Of a stretch of DNA of 64,000 nucleotides, positions 36,901-50,060 are shown piece by piece. The stretch spans positions 75,082,001-75,146,000 of the forward strand of contig NC_042998.1 of NCBI RefSeq assembly GCF_006345805.1, read 5' to 3'. Below the pieces are notes generated by a model. It worked only from the letters and a program-made list of their open reading frames with translations, had not been told where the DNA came from and ran no database searches. A program made the position numbers and the translations under genes. This DNA comes from Octopus sinensis. Lineage: Eukaryota. The first letter of the stretch is position 1, and each line of letters opens with the position of its first letter.

Positions 36901-38125
36901 ATATATATAATTTTTGTGCTGCTGTCGAAACTACAGTTTCGTCTATATCCTATTAAATGAAGTCCTGACATAATTTTCTAATTCAGCAAAATCCTGGGCT
37001 AGTTGCGAACTCTATATATTTGCTTCCCTCCATTTATGTTCCGAAATTTAATACCTCGTCAGAGAACAGAAGCAATGCAGAAGTTGCTAATCGGAATTAA
37101 ACCTAACTCTTTAAGTAATAATCGATTAGGATCTAGACAAAAGGAATATCTTTAAGTTAGGGCACGATCTCATTTAAGAAATTTACATATTAATCAGCTT
37201 AGCATAAACATTTTATAGAACGATATATAATAGATTGTTGCAATGCACAATGTTTATCTACGTCAGCGGAATTTCATTTCCAAATACGCATTAATAAATA
37301 CATGAGAATCTAGAAATAGCAAACATTAGTTTTTTTTTTTTTTTTGCTTTCTGTGTTTACGTGCGTATGTATATGTGGTAGCATAAATTTAAAAAAATCA
37401 TATCAACACATTTTCATTCAACACATGATTTCTATCTCATCAATATAATTTTCTTCATTAGCCTAATGTGTAAATTTAATATTCAAAATATTCGTGATAC
37501 ACCGCTGAGTATTTGAAGAATGTTGCAGTCAATATGAGTTTAAATTTCCCCGATCAATGTTTAATATATATTTAAATTAAAATATTTCAATAATTACTAA
37601 TTATGTTTCATGTTACATGTTATTGACGATTGCAATGTATCGAGCAGAATACTAATTATCCAAGGTGAATGAAGATTGCGAATATTAGATAGTTGTCGCT
37701 TATATGAGCTGAATATTAAACTGGATTTTGAAGTAAAACCTAACTGCGCAGAATGTTCCACATTCACAGGAAAAATGGAACTATCTCCTCCAAAGGAGTT
37801 ATCTGTGATAGAAAATTATGATATTATCGTACTTGCATTATCGAGAATACACGCCAAATTCTCTATATATGTGAAGAATTTTCCTCCGTCTGGCTGTTTT
37901 TCTCTCTACAAGACGAAAAGTTGCATTATGGAACAGTAATTTTAACGAGTTTTTTTTTATTTATTTATTTATCACTTGACGAGATACGTCTGCACCACTG
38001 GATACTTCTGAACCGGTTTTTGTGTGTCCCACAGGAGGAGTCGATGCTAGATGTGTCGAAACAAATGTTGGGATTAATAATATATTAATATATTCTCGTC
38101 TATTCCATTTTCTGTCTTTCATTTG

Positions 38126-38169
<44 letters not shown>

Positions 38170-38423
38170 CAGCGTGGAAGGTGTTTATAGGTAATTTAAG
38201 AAACACACATAATCCGTGCAGCACGAAATTTTGCCAGTGAACAGGTCGCAGTCTCAAAGCGACGAAAATAATTTGACAGATTTAAATGTTAAAGTGAATC
38301 TAATGGATTTTGTGTGTTTCTTAAAGGGCTTATAAACACCTTCCACACTGCAATTGTTTTTGTTCAGCACACAATCTCAGATCAGGTCACTTGCTATGCA
38401 AGTAAATCACTGAAATATATATA

Positions 38424-38540
<117 letters not shown>

Positions 38541-38574
38541 CATATATGTATGCATGTTTATGCATATATGTATG

Positions 38575-38612
<38 letters not shown>

Positions 38613-38653
38613 CATATATGTATGCATGTTTATGCATATTATGTATGTATATA

Positions 38654-38729
<76 letters not shown>

Positions 38730-38949
38730 ATAGAGGTCACAAAAGTGATGGAGGGTACTGGCTAGCACCACTTACGCTAAAATAAGTGCTAAAAAACTCC
38801 AAAACCGCTAAAGCAGTATATGACTGAGAAATTGAGCTAAGTCTCTAGCGTACATACCCATATCACGATTTCGAATTTCGGTGTAGACCACCTTAATTCT
38901 CATTACGGAAGGAAGCACTAAAAATGTAAACAAAAGTATATATATATAT

Positions 38950-39065
38950 AATCATCGGACATTCTGACTACCTTGTTATTCTCAATATACAATACCTGTA
39001 CCTCACTTCAAAAATCCTCTTTCTCACTCTCTCTCTCTCTCTTTCTCTATCTCTCTCCCTCCATC

Positions 39066-39102
<37 letters not shown>

Positions 39103-39480
39103 ATATATATATATATATATATATACATACATATATACATACAAAATTGAATCACACCAAGGGGTATTCACTAAGCGAATTAAGGGCACGACTGATCTCG
39201 ATTACTGAGAGTGCCTTAAAGCCTTGAAACTCTTCCAGCGCAACCGCTGCGAGCAGTACATCATTTGCAGGATGTGGAGAATATACCGCCAGCATTGCCC
39301 AAACGATCTGAACCTTAGCTTCAAGGTTCATCCAAGCCTGGGACCACAGGCCATACTTCCCCTACCCAATTCAGGATCACAACATATAGGTACACTGCGA
39401 CACAATCTTTTTTCCTCAACAGGCCCTGCTCTGTTTAACATTGTCCCAAAACCAATCAAAGAGGAAAAAGAGGGGACAGA
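38950..39480 (+). pseudogene. CR1/L2-group LINE ORF2 C-terminal fragment, interrupted by (CT)n(AT)n
   Basis: KIESHQGVFTKRIKG..LDY*ECLKALKLF..QRNRCEQYII..W.IY..SSTGPALFNIVPKPIK, matching the SLQRRRERY / GPxLFNxLP tail of this clade. Confidence 0.75.
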
Positions 39481-39504
39481 CAAAGGGATTAAGTCAATTA
39501 CATA

Positions 39505-39575
39505 GACTCCAGTGCGTAACTGGTACTTAATTTATCGACTCCGAAAGGATGAAAGGCAAAGTCAACCTCGGCGGA
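39505..39575 (-). mobile_element. Family A SINE fragment
   Basis: ccagtgcgtaactggtacttaatttatcgac.ccgaaaggatgaaaggcaaagtcaacctcggcgga. Confidence 0.8.
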
Positions 39576-39902
39576 GGAATAACAGATAAGCCACCTATAC
39601 CTCGATATAACACACTCAACAAGAACTCACTACTTGAATGGACTATGATACCACAAAACTTGACTTAAAAAAGGATTTAGATAATCCTATCTGCTGGTGG
39701 TATTAAGTTAGACATGGCCTGGACCAATCTTTAGTCGAAACATATATAAGTTTTATCTATGTTTTATCTAACATATATATCTATATACATATATATAGAT
39801 ACATATATATATATATAAATACACATATATATATATATACATATATGTATATAATATTATACACATACACACACACATATACATATATATATATATATAT
39901 AC

Positions 39903-39972
<70 letters not shown>

Positions 39973-40632
39973 GCAATTCATCTGGATCAATTGAAAAGTA
40001 ACATTTACACCGAGCAAGAACCACACCGATCACCGTAGTGATAGAGCGAATGTTACCTTCTTTCCTACCAGCTAAAAATAAAGTACGCTACAAACACAGA
40101 AAGTGAAAACGAGAAATGCTTGTATCACCACTTTTATTTTTTAAAACATCCCACCCGCAGGCCATTAGCATATCAACTTTAACATCTCAGCTGCCTAGTA
40201 TAAGACAGCCACGAAGAAAATGTAAACACTTGAGTAATTCGAAGACAACAGAACTTACACATACCTAATAAGGACTTCCCAACTTGAGACTACGTTTAAC
40301 TCACTACTTTCAATCTCCACAGCCTACTTTGTGTGCGTATAGCACAGTATTGCCGTTTCTCTAAAACAAAAATGTAGTTTCGCTTATAGATAACCGTTTT
40401 TCTCAGTCTCATATACTAACGGCAATCATTCTGCGGTAAGTTTGAAGCCATTCTAAAGAATGGAGAACAGGTTTTTTCTTTTCTTTTTTTTTTTTTGACT
40501 GATACAGTAGGTTTAGTCAAATATCTTTCTCTGCAGATAAAACAGTTGTCAACAAATTTTTAAGACAAATCTATTAACAATTTTAAATTTGCCGAAACTT
40601 TCAATAAACTATATATGTGTGTGTGTTTACGC

Positions 40633-40693
<61 letters not shown>

Positions 40694-40740
40694 GATAGAT
40701 AGATATACAGATAGATAGATAGATAGATAGATAGATAGGT

Positions 40741-40771
<31 letters not shown>

Positions 40772-40950
40772 CAGATAGATATAAATTTATATATATATAT
40801 GTGTGTGTGTATGTGTGTGTGTGTGTGTGTGTATGTATATACATACATACATATGTAGCGTATCATCAGACCTTAAACTTGTTGGCCTACATATATATAT
40901 ATGCATATATACATATATATACATACACACACGCACATATATATATACAC

Positions 40951-41019
<69 letters not shown>

Positions 41020-41022
<3 letters not shown>

Positions 41023-41569
41023 AATGTGAGGATAAAATTCTTTTCGAAAAAAATATTTTCTCGAAAAAATTTTATCAATGGCCAGCATATTAAAAAATAC
41101 CTTTAACGGTTATATTTATAAACAATTCATAAATGAGGACAAAGGAAAAAAAATTCTAATGCCAAATATGCCGAAAAATTGGACATATTGTCCATTAACC
41201 ATATAATTTTTTCACAATACGCACGCTACTCGAAAAAAAGCTGACAGAAATTTCTTAAAAATTCCATTATTACCATATCGGACCGATTTCAAAGTTAGCT
41301 ACTAAGAGCCCTCTCTTCGTCAGTGATACATGTGGCCAAAGAAATAAATGAGATACTTACTCGCACCCATGGAAGAAGCAAATACTAAGTCATGGTCACA
41401 ACTAAGTACCCCAAATACATCCAAAATAGAAATACTCCAGCCCATTCGAGGCACGTGCCTTTTTTGGAGTAGCGTGCGTATTGTGAAAAAATTATATGGT
41501 TAATGGACAATATGTCCAATTTTTCGGCATATTTGGCATTAGAATTTTTTTCCTTTGCCCTCATTTATG

Positions 41570-41573
<4 letters not shown>
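41020..41573 (-). mobile_element. PLE-type terminal repeat with hammerhead and near-perfect 115-bp inverted duplication (41124-41240 / 41459-41573)
   Basis: Arms differ at about 2 substitutions and 1-2 run-length changes; the hammerhead lies in the spacer. Confidence 0.75.
41274..41330 (-). ncRNA. Type-I hammerhead ribozyme with intact core
   Basis: Minus: UGUAUCA-CUGACGA-[AGAG AG GGCU cuuagu AGCU AA CUUU]-GAA-AUCGGU-C-CGAUAUG; GUC cleavage triplet; stem I 6 bp (2 wobbles) with a C.A mismatch at 1.1/2.1. Confidence 0.75.
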
Positions 41574-41608
<35 letters not shown>

Positions 41609-41623
41609 AATATATATGTATAT

Positions 41624-41657
<34 letters not shown>

Positions 41658-42579
41658 ATATATATATATATATACATACATACATGTTAGTATCCTCGTT
41701 GCGCATGTGTTTCTGGGCCACGGATATTACTTTGTAAATCTTTGTAGCAGTAGCCAGATTTGTAGAGAAGAACTTAGCCTAAATTGAATTCACGCCGAGA
41801 ACTCCCTACAAAATTAAATTCATGTATGTATAGAATATTTTCAGCATTTTTGCTGTAGTGTTTGTTTTCCATAATTTTCTATCAACACTCAATACTGTTT
41901 AGTTTCGAATATCTGACGTTTAACCTGAACGTAAATAATACGAAATATATCTCTCCTTTCAATGACACAAGCGTGTTCTGAGCCAGCTGTCGTAGTTAAT
42001 GGGATCATGGATCAATTCGCAAAATACAATGTCTTCTAAGCTGATATGTAAATGAGCACAAGAGTCGGTATTATGTTACATGATTTTCATTTAACAGGGC
42101 TTGCATTGCTTCAGATGTTTACGGAACTTAATCTTAAGCATAATGCTCTACTCATAGACTAAGAAAATCCTTGGAATGAAATCCATGCTTGACCTGCTAA
42201 AATACCTATTAGAATACTATTACCCAAATGCTCGAGTTCCCATGCGTTGAGCTACAAAATATCAATATTATAAGCTTAACTACAAAACAAAGTCTGAATA
42301 TACAACATAATTCGAGAATGAACTTCTGCTGACCTACGTATTAATCAATAGTATTTCCATTATTTACTCATTCCTAAAGATATTGAACAATCGCATAAAA
42401 TATAGTCCTTTCTATAGAAATTACAATAATATTCCAGTCCCCTCGGAACGTTTGATGGTTTGTTATAATTTACGTGTGTGCCTGCCTGTGTCTTCATTTG
42501 CAATCATATATATATATACTCACACACACACACACATATACATATGTATACATATACTTACATATAAATAATTAAATAA

Positions 42580-42632
<53 letters not shown>

Positions 42633-42777
42633 CGTTATTTTTCCCCTGCCTGCGTGGATTGTTTTCAAGTACTTTGGTTTTCTAGGAGCCCCTTTAAAGT
42701 AGAAGGAATAGCTAAGATGTTTTGACTGCTATTTCTAAACTTCGGTATGTGATGAAGCAAATCTTTGCTGAACCCTA

Positions 42778-42849
<72 letters not shown>

Positions 42850-42863
42850 TTATATAAGCACGT

Positions 42864-42950
42864 TGGCACAGGCAAGGCTGTATGGTAAGAAGTCTGCTTG
42901 CAAACAACGTGGTTCCGGGTGGCACCTTGGGTAAGTGTCTTTTACTAGTG
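42864..42950 (+). mobile_element. Family B SINE head fragment
   Basis: ggcacaggcaaggctgtatggtaagaagtctgctt..gtggttccgggtggcaccttgggtaagtgtctt. Confidence 0.7.
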
Positions 42951-43149
42951 GTAGAAAAGGTAGAAGAGAAAGGTATCAACGAGCCTATTGAGAATCCGGA
43001 GTCTCTCTGTGAACGATATTTGCTATTTTGGCTGAGTGGCGCCTTTATGAATGCGGTCGAGAGTTTGAATGTGTGTGTGCGTGTGTTTGCATGTGTGTGT
43101 ATGAATGCAGGTACGCATCCTAGTTGTATTCCTTTGTAAGCTTCGTAAA

Positions 43150-43480
43150 AAGGGTAAAGCCCCTCTTCAGTCATGAACGATCATGGGATTGCACCTAGAA
43201 ATTTCCCCTCCGAGGACTAACTTGGGGAAAGTTTACTTATGGAAAACCAACAGTCATCCATGCATGCCCTCTCCATCGCACTAATGTTATCCAAGGTAAA
43301 GGCAAAGCTGATACAGCTTGTGATCAGTGACATCGCTACACGTTTCTACAGGTGAGTAAACTGCACCAACATGAAATAAAGTGTCTTGTTCAAGAATACA
43401 ATATACAGCCCGGTCCAGGAATCGAACTCACTACCTCGTGATTGTAAACCCGACGTTCAAATCACCGAGCCATGTGCCTT
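43150..43480 (-). mobile_element. Family D SINE
   Basis: Reverse-complement homolog of 53063-53400 (aaggcacatggctcggtga..gagttcgattcctggaccgggctg..cttgaacaagacactttatttca..gtgcaatcccatgatc). Confidence 0.8.
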
Positions 43481-43643
43481 AGTATTAGCTTTATAAATTC
43501 ACAATAATTTCCGAAAGTTGAGCCATCGCGTAGACATCATCGACCTTATCGACTCAATTATGTGTGACGCAGGTCATATAACTTGTGATCGTTAAGCAGA
43601 GATGGATACAGAGAGAGAGACTAACAGACAGACAGACAAACAT

Positions 43644-43676
<33 letters not shown>

Positions 43677-46600
43677 AGAGAGAGAGAAAGAGGGATTCGA
43701 AGTGTTGGAAAACGTCGTTGTTTTGGCTATCTCTATTATCTTCGGCATATTGAGTAAGATATGGTAATGTATTTCTGAAATCAACGTTCATACCTGTAGA
43801 GAGATTGAAGACTTTGGTGAGTATAAGGTTTGACTCCGGTGTTCAGTGTTTAAAGATGTTAGTAGGTAACATGTTCAGCTTTTGTGGCCTTGTTGCTGTG
43901 AAGCGACTTTTGTAGATGGTATGCATGTATGAAAACGGTGAACCTGAAAAATTAGAGGATAGATTGGAAGGATACCTGTCAAGTGCATGTGATGTGGCGT
44001 ATAGGGTAGAGGGCGCAGCGGAAGCAAAGATTTTCTCCAAAAGGAGAGCTCACAGACAGCCATTCTCTTTGTATAATAGAGGAAAAGATGCTGCTGCCAA
44101 ATGGGTCGAGATTCCTTTTGGCAAGCTATTACAACGATCGGCTGCAGCTTGGGATGTGGGGTTATGCAGTGCAAGAAAGCTTTTTTCGCTGTAATAGTTT
44201 TATAGGAATTACGAAGTTGGGTAACCGTTGTCCAATATTGGTGGTTGCATGAATTTCTCCATATGTGGTACCCTTATTCAATGCCTTAATAGCAGCAATG
44301 CAGCTATGATAGGGCCACTTGCACGAAGTGTTGCATACTACATGGAAACACATACGTCATATAAATCATGTATTCATGTGTACATATAGTTTTTAACTTG
44401 CAATAACCACGCCTCGGATTTACCTCACTGGCCATGGTACCGCCTCGTACCTATGTATGTACGATATATATATATATTATATATATATATATATGCAGCA
44501 AGTATATTTATATTCATATACATGTATATATGTATATGTGTGTGTGCGTGTGTGGTTTATTGTACCGTTCAGGTAAGATTCACAAAAAAGGACTCCATCC
44601 AGTAAAAGATACATAAAATTTATAAACTACACGGTATTAAAATAAGAGCTACCATAAGTTTCTACCCATTAAAATGGGTTATTATAATGTGCTTTTGGTT
44701 TCCAAGCTCTCTCGGTCTCTGGGAATATAGTTTGTACTATTTGAAAATTAAGACAGTGATATTTGTGAAATCATAAGTAAAAAACAAGAAGATTGATGCA
44801 AAAAAGTGCAATGAGTAAATAAATGGTGAATTAAGGCGGAAAAAAAGAAAGAAAACTAGAGTTACATGCTATTTCGCTGTAGAAGTTATATTTAAACTAA
44901 TTAATGAAGAATAATTCAACGGAGATTAGTCCAACAATTGCAAGATAGTTGCTCGATCCGGAGACAGTGGTATTCTCCAGTTCACCAAAACAAATTCGCC
45001 CATTTGCTTGTAATTACTGAAAATTTTGCATCTGGAATTAAGTAGGGCGGTGGAATTCTTAGATCTAAAACGAAAGTGCGACATTTAGTTACGAATAAAT
45101 TGCATTTCTTTGATAGTAAATGGTTTGAATGTAGTGCTCAAAACGGAGCAATAACTTCTACAATATGCATATATACCCATTATCTATTTTACTATCTTCG
45201 ATTGCATTGTTTACATAGATGTATTCGTATACAAGACGTCGAAACTTTCAGTGCTGGCTCTAGATTTTTATAGAAAGTGAAGTGATTCAACATTTACTTT
45301 TTTTCTGTTTTCTCTTTTATCGCGTCTTCCTAATAATCAAACGTGGGAGATGTTTATATTTCATTGATGGTTAACTTAATAAGAGGAACTTATTTTTCGC
45401 TGTCGCTAAACTTTTTGTATGCATGTGCGTACGAGTGGTTGTATGTGAATGTGTGCATATGTGTGAGAGTTTATTTGCTTGTGTGTTTTGTATGTGTACT
45501 TAGATTTATGAAATTGGCATTTGTAATACAAAATATGAATTGCAAGAAATTTAAGCTCGTATACGAAAAATGAAAATACAGTCTCTTCAATGTATGCACA
45601 TATAGGTGAAAGTGTATGTGTGAATATAGTGACACGAGTGTGTTTGTGTGTATGTGTATATACGTCTGTATGTTTCTCTGTCGGTATGTGCCTAGCTATG
45701 TGGCATGTTTCTTGGAACACCTTTGCGTTTACGTTATATATATCGAAGAAAGTAGATATATTTGTGCGAGTGCATGCGAAACAGTGGGAGAGAGAGAAAG
45801 CGCGTGTGTATGCGTATGCGTGTGCCCGCGTATGTCTCCGTGTGTCTGTGTACGTGCCTGTGAGTCTATGTGTGTGTTTGTGTATGTGAGTCTATGTGCA
45901 CATAAGTAAACAATATGGTAAGATATTTTCAAAGTAAATTTTCGGGCGGTGTTGCAGTCTATTTGCAAAGTTCAGTAATAAAACTGAAAGTATTACTAAG
46001 TAGATTATCCCATTTCATATAAATATTTCTGATGTTCTGCGATAAAAGTTATAGTTTATCTCCTGCAACTTTCATCAAATCAAATGATGATTGAGGAAAT
46101 TATCATGATTGAAGATTGAATATTAAACAAATTCCGTTCTATCTCCGAAACTTTCTGATTTATACAAACGACAGTTTTCATAAGTTAAATGGAATATACA
46201 CATTCTTGTTAAAATTCTTACAGGCTTTGGCTACGAGGAAGATTTATATTTTTCATTGACTTTGCTGTTAAAGAAATTTACTCAACTCTTATTGAAAATT
46301 ACAATTAATCAATACTGGAATTTGTATTTTATATTTTCGGTTTATAAAGAGTGAGCTTTATTAACGTTTTGATGCTTGAACTGAATTGAACTTGGCGACA
46401 CTAATACATAAAGCAATATCCCAATTTACACGATATGAATATTGTCATCACAGTTCTGATCATTGTCAGTAATGAATACAGCAATAGCACGTATTGAATG
46501 TCAATGTTTCTACCTCAATATTTGCAGCACACGGAAGTAATAATCAACAGTTAATATTGAGATTGAAATTGATCGGCCTGAACACATAAACTAATAATTA

Positions 46601-46843
46601 TTTAGAGGGAGATTATATTAACAACCCCATTCGATGCGTCCAATTATACAAAAGAAAATGGATCTCCGCCGGTTTCGAAGATGAATGTTCCAAGTATTTG
46701 ATTAGAAACAACAACATTAAACCAATATGTATTACCCAGAATATCTACATCTCAGACTTGGAAGTTTGGAGGTAATGCAATAGTTGTGAGAGAATAACTA
46801 TATCAAATAGTCATTTTCTCCTCTTCTCTCTTTCTTTTTTTTT

Positions 46844-46878
<35 letters not shown>

Positions 46879-47084
46879 AATACACACATTTGAGAAAAGT
46901 TTGACTCAGTTTCAACGAACTTAAAATTTCGCGAGCTCGCAGAACAACCCTATCTTATCAGGCATCTAGACAAGAGTAAAGGGACGTGAAACAAATCGAA
47001 GATAGTTTTTAGATGATACGCGTCTACTGGTCAATTCAATCATGCAGTAATATTGGTCTGACAGTGACATCAGTTATTTTCTTT

Positions 47085-47264
47085 ATTCTTAGGAGCACGT
47101 TCTCGGACTAGATGTCGGAAGATAGCAGACATCGTCATGTCTGCACCTGCAGTATAGTAAAATTAGCGGCATCTCCTTTATCAGACGGACAGTGACGATA
47201 GGTATATTGGGCTTCGTACACTTGTACCCCAGTGTCATTTTGATGACATGTGCTACTCTCTCAC

Positions 47265-47328
<64 letters not shown>

Positions 47329-47340
47329 CAACAACAACAA
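47085..47340 (+). mobile_element. Probable 3' end of a non-LTR retrotransposon with (AAT)n tail
   Basis: GC-richer segment ending ..ccagtgtcattttgatgacatgtgctactctctcactt directly in (AAT)n(AAC)n; family assignment from recall only. Confidence 0.45.
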
Positions 47341-48529
47341 AATACACCCATCAATAGCTACGAAGTTCAGGTCTAATGGCGGGTTGTCAAGACTTCATCG
47401 TAGCTTCTCAAAATCAAAACTTATTATCCCAGAGCTACCAAGCCAATGGAATAAAAATAAATAGAATAGATCCAAAGTACTGATGCTACAATGATGAAAT
47501 TGACATAGTGAACTACATAGTGTATAAATAAAAACATGGCAGATTTAGCCAACAAATTTACTGTTCAATATGTCAGTATTTTAAGCTAAAACTGTTAAAT
47601 AATGTCTCTTCCTTGTATCTTCACAATGGGTAACAATGCATAAACTCCCGTGCCAACCAACAAAGCTGACTGAAAAACTAATGCCACGGCATGTCATTAA
47701 ATAATATTGCAACTCCCCAAAACAACTCCAAGTATCTATAATAACGAGAGAGTAATATAAAGTAATTCGATGGCGTCTATATGTAATTATTATTCTAATA
47801 GTTCAAAACCTGTTAAAAAAATTGTAAGAATACAAACACATTCATTCTATGCTTTCTATGTACAAATATGTGGGGGGAATATTCAAAGTTTGTTCTCTGT
47901 TAATCAGAAGAGGCGTACTGGATTTTCTCTCCTCAATTGATAGAATAGAATATTAAATAGCTATATAAACAGCAGTTTAAGCTATTACTAAAGTGGATAA
48001 TTATAGGTCGATTTAAGATTTAGAAAACAAATTTTAGATTTGAAGAATTCCAGTAAATGAAAGTTTTAGAGATTGCAATTATTCAATTATTCAATTGCGT
48101 CTGTAATGATTATTACAATAAGTATCAACTTCCAAGGTAATTGTTATTGTTGTTGTTTGTGTCGTTGTCGGGCGAGTAATAATATAGAGAGCTATTACTG
48201 TTGCTGGTCTTCCTGTCGCTTCCTTTCTTGTTTTTCATACAGGTGTCGTTGTTGACTGTGTTGTTAAACTAGTTCTCTTAACCAATTAAAGTTATTGCTT
48301 TGTTATTCTTGTTGTTCTCGTGTAAGCCAATCCTCTATGCAGTTTATAGTTGTATGAGAAGATCTTCCCGCTACCTCCTCGTTGGATACTGGGCGCCGTT
48401 GCTACCATAATTCTATATAGATAGGAAAATAGACGACAGCAAATCAATATTATGAAATTTGTGTCCTTTAGGGCACCACACAGACCAACAACATCTACAA
48501 TAACATCAACAGCAACAGAAACAACAACA

Positions 48530-48562
48530 ACAACAACAATAATAATAATGATAATAATAATA

Positions 48563-48621
<59 letters not shown>

Positions 48622-48787
48622 GTTCTTCACATCTAAAGCAACTTGTAACTCGATGTTAGGAATCTTTTCTTTTCCGAAAGTCTAATCTGTTGGCTGCATA
48701 AGAATAATAATGAAAAGTTTAACAATAACAATAATGGTGATGATGATAATAATAATAATAATAATAATAACAATAATGGTGATGATG

Positions 48788-48851
<64 letters not shown>

Positions 48852-48858
48852 TAATACA
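48530..48858. repeat. (AAT)n/(AAC)n/(GAT)n trinucleotide arrays
   Basis: Direct reading; source of the poly-I and poly-Y ORFs. Confidence 0.95.
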
Positions 48859-48860
48859 AT

Positions 48861-49640
48861 AAGTGGAACAAAAGGGGCGCAGACGTAAGAGCAGAGGAAC
48901 GAAGGAGCGATTACTAATCGATAAGATTATCCTGGCTGACTGCAAGAAGAGACACACAAATATTTCATGGTCCTACACTCGTGAATTATTGAATGCCTTA
49001 AACTGCTTAAGGTCTCCCACAACATGCTGAAGTTAATACAAAATACAATGGCAACGCGGCGAACTGAATTCACAGCATGGAAATATAAGCTGGGAGAAGT
49101 AAATATCAAAAGAGGAATCTTTCAAGGGACAGTGTGTCACCTCTCCTGTTTGTTGTCTGCATACTGACAATAACCAGCATTTTAAGAAAGAAGTGTGTGG
49201 AGTACATGCTAGGCTGGGTGAAAGTAAACAACCTGTGGTTTATGGATGATCTAAAGCTATTTGCTAAGACTGAGAAAGAAATTGAGAGTTTGACAGCAAC
49301 TGTGCAGATGATTAGCAAAGATATTGGGAAGGAATTTGGGATCGAGAAATGTGGTGCAATGATTCTCAAGAGGGAGGAAATCATGGGATCAAGCTGGAAA
49401 GTGACGAAACTATAAAGGAAGTCGGAGAGAAGATATATAAATACCTGGATATCATTGAAAGAGATAAGATGAATGAACACAAGATGAAAGAAATATAGAG
49501 GAAAGAGTATTTGAGAATTCGGCTTGTGTATCAATCGAAGCTAAATGGCGGATATAAGATTAGAGTAATTAATGCGTGGAGGTTGCTTTAATGAGAATGG
49601 GGCAGGAATAGTATTTTGGAAGAAGAACACGTAAATTAAT
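48861..49640 (+). pseudogene. R4/Dong-like non-LTR retrotransposon RT core
   Basis: [83 protein letters not shown]; frameshifted. Confidence 0.85.
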
Positions 49641-49947
49641 GAAAATGAACAAAACACCCATGCTTCCAAAGGTGAATTATTCAAACCCCAAATAATCCCT
49701 CTCAACACATGGCTATGATGCTCCCCCACTACTTCTGCTCGTAATCAGAGATGAACATATTGCCAGCCACCAAGGGACATGCTCAACTGGTTACGGTCAA
49801 ACAACTAACAAGCAAATCTGTGGTATTGAACAGAATATTTGCTGTAGCCCATCTTTTATACCAAGACAAACCAATGTACTTGATTACACTTCCAATCAGT
49901 TAAGATCAGAAGCCACGAGAGCCACTGCCTGGTACTGCATCAGGGCA

Positions 49948-50060
<113 letters not shown>

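Noticed and set aside
37015-37050. Minus-strand CUGACGA..CGGAAC
   Set aside because: GGAA instead of GAAA and stem II essentially unpaired.
37676-37939. 87-codon ORF that looks protein-like
   Set aside because: No recognisable motif or good splice sites; several open stretches of this length are expected by chance over six frames of 64 kb.
38025-38075. Plus-strand hammerhead relic (uccc..CAGGAGGA..GAAAC aaau GUU ggga)
   Set aside because: Core and stem II too degenerate to call as a feature; used only as context for the strand-bias idea.
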